This document shows, piece after piece, positions 1-7,494 of a stretch of 32,000 bases of DNA (its first letter is position 1; each line of letters starts with the position of its first letter). The notes beneath the pieces are model-generated. The model was not told the DNA's origin, did no database searches, and saw only the letters and a program-made list of their open reading frames with translations. Source of the stretch: Candidatus Nitrosopumilus koreensis AR1 (GTDB lineage Archaea; Thermoproteota; Nitrososphaeria; Nitrososphaerales; Nitrosopumilaceae); contig NC_018655.1 of assembly GCF_000299365.1 (NCBI RefSeq), positions 1,440,001-1,472,000 of the forward strand, given 5' to 3'. Position numbers and translations under genes: made by a program.

Positions 1-306
1 CAATAGTAGTCTTTAGCAATAAGATTCCAACTACAACTGAAACTACCAAGGTTATCCAATCAGTTGTAAGGAATGAAATTCCAAGATCCAAGATCAAAAG
101 CAACGTAACAACAACCCCAATAGGAATGCTAACTACAAATATTCCACCAAGTTTTTCAATTTTTTATTTTCGTTTTGTCCAAGTGGAGTCAATTTAGCAA
201 TTAGTCCACCAATCCAAGCAGTTGGATGATACTTATTCTTTGGATCACCAAATGCAAAATCAAGTATCAATGCAAACCCTACAACTATCAAAGACTCTAA
301 AATCAT
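1..306 (-). pseudogene. cbiB: Adenosylcobinamide-phosphate synthase CbiB (membrane protein). Only the 5' part is present (it runs off the window), and the reading frame is broken as sequenced.
   Basis: The ATG at 306 overlaps the cobQ-like stop (ATGA). Frame 1 reads MILESLIVVGFALILDFAFGDPKNKYHPTAWIGGLIAKLTPLGQNENKKLKNLVEYL, which carries the CbiB GDP..HP..WIG block, then hits TAG at 133-135. The neighbouring frame continues EKLGGIFVVSIPIGVVVTLLLILDLGISFLTTDWITLVVSVVVGILLLKTTI to base 1. It is absent from the ORF track because both pieces are short or partial. Confidence 0.75.
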
Positions 307-1142
307 TTTATCATCATCTCAATTGTTTTAATATCTAAATTATTTTTTACAGTTTTTGCCAGTTTGTCTAGTTCTTTATCTATTTTTGAGATATTATTTT
401 TAGTCCATGTAATTTGTTTTGCTTTGACATTAAGTGAATCTTCTTCAGGGAGATTCATTTTCATCATGGGAATAGTCCCAATAATAGGGATCTTTGTAAG
501 TTGTTTTATTTTTCTAAATCCTGGTTTTAGGACATTAATGTCTCCTCTAAATTTATTTAATACAAATCCTTTTACCAATTTTTTATATTTTTTTTCAATT
601 AAGGCCATAGTACCAATCAAACTTGCAAATGAACCGCCTTTGTCAATATCTGAAACCAAAAATACAGATGCATTTGCTTTTTGAGCAATTTGCATATTTG
701 CAATATCATATTTTTGTAAATTAATTTCAGCTGGAGAACCTGCACCTTCCAAGATTACCAGATCATAGTTTCTTTTGAGTTTTGATAATGAAGTAGTAGC
801 TGCTTTGATTCCTTTTGATTTTACAAATTTTGTATAGTAATCTTTTGCATGCATTTTCTTGTAATATTTTCCATTAAGGTAAACTGCACTATAGTAATTT
901 CCCAAAGGTTTGAGCATTATGGGGTTCAAGTCAGGTTCGATTGGGCACTTTGCAGCAATAGCTTGAATTGCCTGAGCACGAGAAATCTCAAAATCAGGAG
1001 TGGTATAACCAAAATTAGACATATTTTGGGATTTGAATGGAGCTACACGGTATCCTTTTTGTTCAAAAATTCTACACAATGCTGCAACTAACGTTGTTTT
1101 TCCAGCACCAGAAGATGTGCCCTGAATCATCAAAGACTTCAT
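303..1142 (-). CDS. cobQ: Cobyric acid synthase CobQ/CbiP-like ATP-dependent synthetase domain only. The glutamine amidotransferase domain is absent.
   Basis: 279 aa. It has the P-loop MIQGTSSGAGKTT and the conserved CobQ N-domain blocks APFKSQNMSN, LEGAGSPAEINL, SDIDKGGSFA, LNKFRGD and LPEEDS. The ORF ends about 45 aa after LPEEDS and its TGA overlaps the cbiB ATG, so there is no room for a GATase domain. Confidence 0.85.
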   Translation of the reverse strand: MKSLMIQGTSSGAGKTTLVAALCRIFEQKGYRVAPFKSQNMSNFGYTTPDFEISRAQAIQAIAAKCPIEPDLNPIMLKPLGNYYSAVYLNGKYYKKMHAKDYYTKFVKSKGIKAATTSLSKLKRNYDLVILEGAGSPAEINLQKYDIANMQIAQKANASVFLVSDIDKGGSFASLIGTMALIEKKYKKLVKGFVLNKFRGDINVLKPGFRKIKQLTKIPIIGTIPMMKMNLPEEDSLNVKAKQITWTKNNISKIDKELDKLAKTVKNNLDIKTIEMMIK

Positions 1143-2218
1143 GCTATTGCCTCCATAGCAGATACAAGTTTTAGATTATCTTTATGAGATTTTACTGCAA
1201 TTCGAATATAGTGATTGTTTAATCCACGGAAATTTTTACAATCACGAATCAATATTTTATGTTTTAATAATTTTTTTTGAATTTTTGTTGAATCTTGTTT
1301 TGTTTTTATTAAAATAAAATTTGTTGAAGAGTCATGACATTCAAAGCCAGTAATTTTAGCAATTTTCTTTTTTAGAAAAGTTGATTCTTTTTTAATAAGT
1401 AACTTTGATTTTGTAAGGTGTGATTTATTTTTAATTGCAGTAATTCCTGCTTCTTGAGCTAATGCATTAACACTCCAAGGAATTTTTATTTTTTTTAAAA
1501 TTTCAATTATAGTTTTTGAACCAACACCATATCCAATTCTGATTCCCGCTAATCCAAATGATTTTGTTAATGATCTTAAAACAAAGAGATTATCATATTT
1601 TTTTACTAAATTTATTATAGATTGATCTGATTCAGGTACCAATTCAATAAAACACTCATCAACAAATACAAAACTGGATTTATTTTTTGCAGCTAAGATT
1701 ATTTTTGTTATTTGTTTTTTTGACAATATAGTTCCAGTTGGATTATTTGGATTACATACAAAAACACAGCCATTCATAGGAATTTTTGAAATGAATGAAT
1801 CTATATTTTCAGAAAGATTCATTGTTTTAAAAAAAGTAAATTTACAATCAACAAGTCTTGATGCAGATTCATATTCACTAAAAGTTGGAGTTGGAATTAA
1901 AACATGCTTTTGAGATAGAAATGAATTACAGAAGTTATAGAGTATTTCAATTGCGCCATTGCCAACAACTATGTGAGAATCTGATAATCCAATGTATTTT
2001 TTGAGGCTGGAGATTAAGTTGATTGAATTTGTGTCAGGATAATGCTCCATTTTATCTAGTCTTTTTTTTATAGCAGATTTTACGGATGAGGGCATTCCTG
2101 CAGGACTAGTATTTGAGCTAAAATCTAAGACATCAATCTGTTGATTTCCTCTAGAAAATCTACCCCCATGAGATATTGGGTGGTGTTTGATAATGCTTGT
2201 TTTTGTCCGAATTTTCAC
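1139..2218 (-). CDS. cobD: L-threonine-O-3-phosphate decarboxylase CobD (PLP-dependent, HisC-like class I/II aminotransferase fold).
   Basis: The track ORF is 1139-2287. Motifs are SHGG near the N-terminus, LDFSSNTSPAGMP, CNPNNPTG and SLTKSFGLAGIRIGY (PLP lysine). It overlaps the cobQ-like start by 4 nt. I prefer the GTG at 2218 (16 aa before HGG) over the TTG at 2287, which would overlap asd. A HisC function cannot be excluded from sequence alone. The cobalamin context favours CobD. Confidence 0.7.
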   Translation of the reverse strand: MKIRTKTSIIKHHPISHGGRFSRGNQQIDVLDFSSNTSPAGMPSSVKSAIKKRLDKMEHYPDTNSINLISSLKKYIGLSDSHIVVGNGAIEILYNFCNSFLSQKHVLIPTPTFSEYESASRLVDCKFTFFKTMNLSENIDSFISKIPMNGCVFVCNPNNPTGTILSKKQITKIILAAKNKSSFVFVDECFIELVPESDQSIINLVKKYDNLFVLRSLTKSFGLAGIRIGYGVGSKTIIEILKKIKIPWSVNALAQEAGITAIKNKSHLTKSKLLIKKESTFLKKKIAKITGFECHDSSTNFILIKTKQDSTKIQKKLLKHKILIRDCKNFRGLNNHYIRIAVKSHKDNLKLVSAMEAIA

Positions 2219-2301
2219 ATTACAAAGTAGGAACAGGCGATATAGTATCTTTTGGTAATATGAATAACGATTATTAATTGAAACCAATCAATAGTTTATT
2301 C

Positions 2302-3378
2302 ATGGAGAAGAAAAGAGTTGCAATTATAGGGGTTACAGGTTCAGTAGGACAAGAATTCGTACAATCTTTGAATAACCATCCATGGTTTGAGGTGACTCAA
2401 ATTGCAGCCTCAGAGCGTTCAGCAGGCAAAAATTATCTTGATGCTATTAGAAATGAAGGCGGAATTATCATGTGGGATGTTGGGGGAGAAATTCCAGAAT
2501 ATATCAAATCAATGAATGTTAAAACAATTGACGATCTTGATACATCACAATTAGACCTAGTATTTTCAGCAGTTGAGTCAGTTGCTGCAAGAGACATTGA
2601 GACTAAAATGGCAGCAGAATTACCAGTAATCTCAACTAGTTCTGCATACAGATACGAAGAAGATGTTCCAATTCTCATCCCAGGTGTAAATGATGACCAA
2701 GTTGAATTACTTGAAATTCAAAAGAAAAATCGTAACTGGAAAGGGTTTGTAGCACCACTACCAAACTGTACAACTACAGGTTTGGCAATTACACTAAAAC
2801 CATTACTTGAAAAATATGGCGCAAAAAAGGTCATGATGACTTCAATGCAAGCAATTTCAGGTGGTGGAAAGTCGGGAGTATCAGCAATGGGAATTACAGA
2901 CAACATCTTGCCATACATTCCAAAAGAAGAAGGAAAAGTCAGGCTAGAAACAAGAAAAATCTTAGGAAAACTAAAAGACGGTAAAATCGAAGATGCAGAC
3001 ATCAAAGTTAGTTGTACATGTACCAGAGTTCCAGTAATTGATGGACATACAGAATCAGTCTTTGTTGAAACCTCTGAAGATATTGATCCAGCTAAAGCAA
3101 AAGAGCTTTACAATAATTGCAATAAAGAAATATCAGTTGAAGGATTGCCATCAGCTCCAAAAGAATACTATGCGTTCCACGAGGATCCAACAAGACCTCA
3201 GCCAAGAATGGAAAGAGAAGTTGGTGGTGGAATGACCACAACAATTGGAAGAGTAGAAAGAGAAGAATTGTTTGATAAGGGACTCAAATACATGTTATTC
3301 TCACACAACAAAAAAATGGGTTCAGCAAAAGGTGCAGTGTTATTAGCTGAAATGTTATACAAAAAAGGCAAGATCTAG
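2302..3378 (+). CDS. asd: Aspartate-semialdehyde dehydrogenase (archaeal type).
   Basis: It has the N-terminal Rossmann motif VAIIGVTGSVGQEF, the active-site block PNCTTTGL (catalytic Cys) and VIDGHTESV. The start is taken at ATG 2302 (MEKKRVAIIG), not the upstream TTG at 2278. Confidence 0.9.
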   Translation: MEKKRVAIIGVTGSVGQEFVQSLNNHPWFEVTQIAASERSAGKNYLDAIRNEGGIIMWDVGGEIPEYIKSMNVKTIDDLDTSQLDLVFSAVESVAARDIETKMAAELPVISTSSAYRYEEDVPILIPGVNDDQVELLEIQKKNRNWKGFVAPLPNCTTTGLAITLKPLLEKYGAKKVMMTSMQAISGGGKSGVSAMGITDNILPYIPKEEGKVRLETRKILGKLKDGKIEDADIKVSCTCTRVPVIDGHTESVFVETSEDIDPAKAKELYNNCNKEISVEGLPSAPKEYYAFHEDPTRPQPRMEREVGGGMTTTIGRVEREELFDKGLKYMLFSHNKKMGSAKGAVLLAEMLYKKGKI

Positions 3379-3379
3379 A

Positions 3380-3397
3380 TTTTTTTTGCAATTTTTT
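3380..3397 (+). terminator. Oligo-T tracts immediately after the asd stop (archaeal intrinsic terminator-like).
   Basis: A T8 run at 3380-3387 and a T6 run at 3392-3397 begin 2 nt after the TAG at 3376-3378. Confidence 0.35.
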
Positions 3398-3448
3398 CAA
3401 TAATAACTTTATAAGAACCAGAAATCTAGAACGACTCAGGTGTTTTAG

Positions 3449-3915
3449 ACGGCAAAAGTAGACGAGCTAGATCTTCAGATTTTATCAGAATTATCTAACG
3501 ATGCATCTATTTCTGTTCCACGTTTATCAAAAAAAATCAATGTAAATTCATCAGTAGTATATTCAAGAATTAAGAGATTAGTGAAAAGAAAGTTAATTGA
3601 ACGATTTACAATTGTTGTAAATGATGCTGAATTAGGATACAATGTCAAAGCATTAACCGGAATTAACATGGATACAAAAAACGTGATCATATAATTTCAG
3701 AATTATTCAAGATTGACGGAGTAAGAGAAGTGGCAGAAGTTACTGGAAGATTCGATATTCTAGTTACAATGTATTCAAAATCACTAGATCAGATGCATAA
3801 AATGGTCTCAGAGAAAATAGGAAGAATAGAAGGCATTCAGTCTTCAGAATCCTTTATTGAGATGAAATCCCGTGCCAAAGCAATGCCATATATGCCATCA
3901 AAGGATAGTGACTAG
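3449..3915 (+). pseudogene. Lrp/AsnC-family transcriptional regulator. The reading frame is broken at an A6 run, and there is no canonical start after the upstream in-frame stop (as sequenced).
   Basis: Frame A (3449-3691) reads TAKVDELDLQILSELSNDASISVPRLSKKINVNSSVVYSRIKRLVKRKLIERFTIVVNDAELGYNVKALTGINMDTKNVII, which is the HTH_AsnC part, then TAA at 3692-3694. Frame B reads KKRDHIISELFKIDGVREVAEVTGRFDILVTMYSK...., which is the RAM/AsnC_trans_reg part, and corresponds to track ORF 3730-3915. One extra A in the run at 3676-3681 joins the two frames. Confidence 0.8.
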
Positions 3916-3917
3916 TA

Positions 3918-4847
3918 TTGCAAAAACAAAAGTCAGAATCCAGAGTTGCAGTATACTATGAGCTAACAAAGCCAAAGATATGGTATTTGTTAGTATTTAC
4001 CGCATTTGGGGCTGCTTTAACAGCATCCAATATTTATGGAATTGAGATTGCCCCATCTACATGGGCACTAATGTTATTTTCAGTTGCAGCAGGTTCTGCT
4101 GCAGCAAATACTTTGACAAATTATCACGATAGAGATATTGATGCAATAATGGAAAGAACAAAAGGCAGACCACTCCCATCAAAAAGAATCTATCCTGCAG
4201 TAAAAGCACGTAATTTTGGATTAGCATTAGCTGGAATTTCATTAGTATTAGCATTTGGAATTTCATTTACAACTACATTAGAACAGGGAATATGGGCAAC
4301 TGCATTCATAGCATTTGGATTACTAAACAACGTTCTAGTATACTCATATGCACTAAAACGAAATTCAAGAACTAATATAATTTTAGGAGGATTATGTGGA
4401 GGTTCACCACCAATGATTGGATGGGTTGCAGTTACAATGTCAGACCTATGGACTATGGGACTTGCAATGGCAGGACTAGTATTCATCTGGATTCCAATGC
4501 ATATTTGGGCATTAACATTACATTTCAAAGATGATTATAACAAAGTAAATGTTCCAATGTTAACAGCAGTTCAATCAGAAAAAACATCCGCAAGAGCAAT
4601 TGCAGGTTCAACAGTAGTCATGGTATTGTTTTCAATTGCACCATTTTTCATAACAACACAAAGTGGGGAAGAAATGGTAGGAGGTGTTTATCTATGGACT
4701 GCAATTGCATCAGGTGCTTTGATGATTGCATTGTCAATATGGGTAATAGTAAAACCTATGGAAAAAGCGTCATGGACATTGTTTAAGTTTTCTAGTCCAT
4801 ATTTGGCAGTACTGTTTATTGCATTAATGGTAGATTCTGCATTATAA
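3918..4847 (+). CDS. ctaB: Protoheme IX farnesyltransferase (heme O synthase, UbiA family).
   Basis: 309 aa and polytopic. It has YYELTKPKIWYLLVFTAFGAAL and the UbiA Asp-rich motif NYHDRDIDAIMERTKGRPLPS. The start is TTG. Confidence 0.9.
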   Translation: MQKQKSESRVAVYYELTKPKIWYLLVFTAFGAALTASNIYGIEIAPSTWALMLFSVAAGSAAANTLTNYHDRDIDAIMERTKGRPLPSKRIYPAVKARNFGLALAGISLVLAFGISFTTTLEQGIWATAFIAFGLLNNVLVYSYALKRNSRTNIILGGLCGGSPPMIGWVAVTMSDLWTMGLAMAGLVFIWIPMHIWALTLHFKDDYNKVNVPMLTAVQSEKTSARAIAGSTVVMVLFSIAPFFITTQSGEEMVGGVYLWTAIASGALMIALSIWVIVKPMEKASWTLFKFSSPYLAVLFIALMVDSAL

Positions 4848-5051
4848 TATACTGCTTTTTTCATCCAAACTGTTAAGCTCTTTTGTAATGGTAGTATGTT
4901 TTTCAACTAATTCTTCAATTTCTTTTTGTAAATCAGTTGAATTCCATTTTGATGAGATTAAAGAAGATAGTTTTGCAACAATACTCCACTGAACATTATT
5001 TTGTTCATCAATTAATTCTAAGAAGCGTTTTCCCTTCTCATCATCATTCAT
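4842..5051 (-). CDS. Small hypothetical helical protein (69 aa).
   Basis: An ATG ORF convergent with ctaB, with 6-nt tail overlap. It has no recognisable motif, but its composition looks coding. Confidence 0.4.
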   Translation of the reverse strand: MNDDEKGKRFLELIDEQNNVQWSIVAKLSSLISSKWNSTDLQKEIEELVEKHTTITKELNSLDEKSSIL

Positions 5052-5144
5052 AATTTTGATGAAATTGATCAGTGATAAAAATCTGTAGCAGGTAATAATA
5101 TAATTTCAAAGTTTTATTAAGAATTTGTCAAATGTTTAATCATT

Positions 5145-5303
5145 ATGCAATGCAGTATTTCAGAATGCAATTCAAAAGCAGTTCAAACAGTAAAGATCAG
5201 TTTTAGAGAGACAAGAAACCTCTGTAAAGAACACTCAAAATTATTCAAAAATAAGGATAAAGAATACCTCCCAAATTTTACAAAAGCCTCAAAATTCAAA
5301 TGA
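5145..5303 (+). CDS. Possible small zinc-finger-like protein (52 aa, below the ORF-track cutoff).
   Basis: The sequence is MQCSISECNSKAVQTVKISFRETRNLCKEHSKLFKNKDKEYLPNFTKASKFK. It has a C-x4-C ... C-x2-H spacing. It lies in an otherwise unexplained 320-bp gap, 70 nt upstream of the next gene and on the same strand. Confidence 0.3.
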   Translation: MQCSISECNSKAVQTVKISFRETRNLCKEHSKLFKNKDKEYLPNFTKASKFK

Positions 5304-5373
5304 ATCAAGTTCAAATGTTTTCAAATTTTGAAATTATTGAAAGATTTAACATCTACTATTTTTAAACTACCAT

Positions 5374-5874
5374 ATGGCTGTTAAGAAAAAGACTACAACC
5401 AAAAAAAGACCAGCAAAAAAAGCAACCAAGTCGAAAGCGACGAAATCTAAAACAACAAAAGCCAAAACAACAGCAAAATCTTCCACAAAAAAGCCAGAAT
5501 TTGAAAAGGCATGGAAAGAATACAATTCTGCATTAAATGGATGGAAAGAATCACTAGCACAGTGGCAAAAGGCTACAAATGAAACTTTGATGACATATCA
5601 TGATGCATGTCAAAAAGCAATTGAATCAGATGCAGAGTTATTGAAAAAAGTTAGTTCCAGTTGGGAAAGTACTTGGGAAGAAATTGGCCCTGAATACATC
5701 AAACAACAAACAAAGATGATTGAAAATATTTTCAAAGAAACCAATATTGAATCGATCAAGAAATTTAATGAGCAATGGGAAAAATTCCTAAAAACATCAG
5801 GAGATGATTCAATCACAGCATATCAGGAAGCCATAAAGAAATTCAATCAAGCTTGGCAATCAGGTCAAATGTAA
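5374..5874 (+). CDS. Hypothetical protein with a Lys/Thr-rich N-terminal tail plus a Trp-rich helical repeat domain. It is a paralog of 8882-9295.
   Basis: The tail is MAVKKKTTTKKRPAKKATKSKATKSKTTKAKTTAKSSTKKPEF. It is followed by AWKEYNSALNGWKESLAQWQKATNE ... AYQEAIKKFNQAWQS, which aligns by eye with LWQEYTKSLENWKSLFEQIQTASNE ... AYGEMMKKFTETWGS of 8882-9295. Confidence 0.7.
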   Translation: MAVKKKTTTKKRPAKKATKSKATKSKTTKAKTTAKSSTKKPEFEKAWKEYNSALNGWKESLAQWQKATNETLMTYHDACQKAIESDAELLKKVSSSWESTWEEIGPEYIKQQTKMIENIFKETNIESIKKFNEQWEKFLKTSGDDSITAYQEAIKKFNQAWQSGQM

Positions 5875-5887
5875 TTTTTGAAAATAA

Positions 5888-7001
5888 TTATTTCTTCATT
5901 TTTCCAATACGAAAAACTTTACAGTTACAGGTTGAACAAGTTCCCTTTATTGCAGGTCTTCCATTTTTCATAATTGTTTCCTCAGGGTTTTTGATTTTCC
6001 TTTTTGTTCTACATTTTACACAATAAGCTTCTGGAGAGAATGAATCAGTAGTTGTATTAGAATGATGAACAAGTTTTTTCTCTATATCATCTAATTTTTT
6101 ATTTTGTTTTTGTAATGTTTGAATGATTTCATGTTCAATATCTGCAGCTTCTAGTTTTTCAATTTCTTTTTCTAATTCATTGACCTTTGAAATCTGCTCT
6201 TGAGTAGGTTCGTCAGAAGAAGGATGTAATTTTGAAAATAACTCATCTTCTAATTCGTTAATTTGGTCCCGGAGATCATCAAATTCAGAATGTTGTTCAA
6301 CAGGAATTTCTTCTTCAGGTTCAGATTGAACTTCAGGAATAGGTTTTTTGGATAATTTATTCTCTAATTCATCAATTTGTTTTTGAAGTTCGCCTAATTG
6401 TGCAAATTGTTCAGGAGTAGCTTCTTCATGTTCAGAAATTGTTTCCGTGGCACGGTCTATTTCTTCAAAAATATCGTCTGCAGATTCTTTTGGTAATGAA
6501 TCTCTAGGACTGGATGGAGAGGGTTCCTGAATTGTGAATTGTTTCTTCCGAAACAGGTTCTAGTGCTAGGTCAAGTTCTTGAGGAAGTTCTTCTGCAGAT
6601 TCTTTTGGTAATGAACCTCTAGGACTGGATGGAGAGGGTTCCTGAATTGTTTCTTCCGAAACAGGTTCAAAAGATAATTCTGATTCAATTAACTCAGGGT
6701 TAGATACGCTAGGTAAATCTCCTAGAAAATCTAATTTCACTTTATTTCTATCAATTCGTAAAAACGGAGTGCCGTCTATTGAAAAAGTTTGAATTTTGTG
6801 TCCCTTTTTCCAGGAGTTTTTTCCACTGTAAATTGTGATGTAGGACATTCCGTTTTTAATGTCAGATGAAATGGTTAATCGATCAACAGGTTTACCTTTA
6901 GTGATGCCTTGATCTGTATCTTGATGTCTAATAGCAACAGAAATCAAATGTTGTGCGTTATAACTGACTTCAGAAATTAGATAGTCAGCCCATTTATCCA
7001 T
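5888..7001 (-). pseudogene. DUF3892-like N-domain / acidic coiled-coil / C-terminal DUF5679-like zinc-ribbon protein, split by a 7-bp tandem duplication (as sequenced).
   Basis: Track ORF 6504-7001 ends at ..EPVSEETIHNSGTLSIQS*. In the adjacent frame, about 200 stop-free codons with no usable start codon continue to TAA at 5888-5890: QEPSPSSPRDSLPKESADDIFEE...ELQKQIDELENKL...NELEKEIEKLEAAD...EAYCVKCRTKRKIKNPEETIMKNGRPAIKGTCSTCNCKVFRIGKMKK. Removing one GAATTGT copy (6529-6542) joins the frames. Confidence 0.75.
6477..6668. repeat. Intragenic direct repeat, two copies (6477-6560 and 6592-6668).
   Basis: The unit tctgcagattcttttggtaatgaa[t/c]ctctaggactggatggagagggttcctgaattgt[gaattgt]ttcttccgaaacaggttc occurs twice. 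Apart from 1 substitution and the 7-bp insertion, the copies are identical. It encodes EPVSEETIQEPSPSSPR(G/D)SLPKESA on the minus strand. Confidence 0.9.
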
Positions 7002-7086
7002 TATAAAAAATAGTGATTATTTTCTAGTAAATAAGCGAGTCTAAATCTAAAGATTCAAGAATTAGGCTTGAAAAATAAGATTATAA

Positions 7087-7494
7087 TTGGTTTTAGAAAA
7101 CCATGTTCAAATGGAAATTTCTGTAGAGCCATGGAAAAAACTCATAATTCATGAAGTCATTGAATACAAATTTGATGATTGGGTAAAACAAATAGCATTT
7201 AGTACTAGATCCTCAGGAGGAGCCATTCCAACAATGCAATGGACAAACGGCATTGTATTCTCACCAGCAAATTTTCCAACTACAAACGCCACAGTTGAAG
7301 AGCAGTTGAAAGGAATTTTACATTGGTCATCAGTATCATTTGCAATAAAAGAGAAATTTGAAAAACAAATAGTCAAAGAAAATGCTACAATTAATCTAGT
7401 AGATGTAAGTGTAAATGAAATTTTTAAAGAGTTAGCAATTAGTTTAAAATCACAATCAAAATTTACAAATACTGAATCTGGCAATAACCAATGA
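7087..7494 (+). CDS. Hypothetical protein (135 aa from TTG 7087, or 127 aa from ATG 7111).
   Basis: An uninterrupted ORF whose stop overlaps the next ATG (ATGA at 7491-7494). I recognise no motif. Confidence 0.55.
   Translation: MVLENHVQMEISVEPWKKLIIHEVIEYKFDDWVKQIAFSTRSSGGAIPTMQWTNGIVFSPANFPTTNATVEEQLKGILHWSSVSFAIKEKFEKQIVKENATINLVDVSVNEIFKELAISLKSQSKFTNTESGNNQ

Noticed and set aside
364-1091. Plus-strand ORFs 364-684 and 849-1091, and similar track ORFs elsewhere (2433-3005, 3038-3235, 4057-4528, 7149-7484, 8919-9203, 14570-14854, 18371-18931, 21037-21351, 22298-22540, 23928-24134, 24956-25249, 25560-25868, 27491-28108, 30928-31354 and 31472-31693).
   Set aside because: They lie antisense to, or out of frame within, genes with strong family signatures. 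Their products are low-complexity Phe/Ile/Leu/Ser-rich shadow translations typical of AT-rich genomes.
2219-2301. N-terminal extensions given by the first alternative start codons in the ORF track (cobD TTG 2287, asd TTG 2278, ribB GTG 24606, trm56 16479, arfC TTG 21563).
   Set aside because: The extensions are non-conserved and hydrophobic or low-complexity. For cobD and asd they would make divergent genes overlap and would leave no promoter. Internal starts match the conserved family N-termini.
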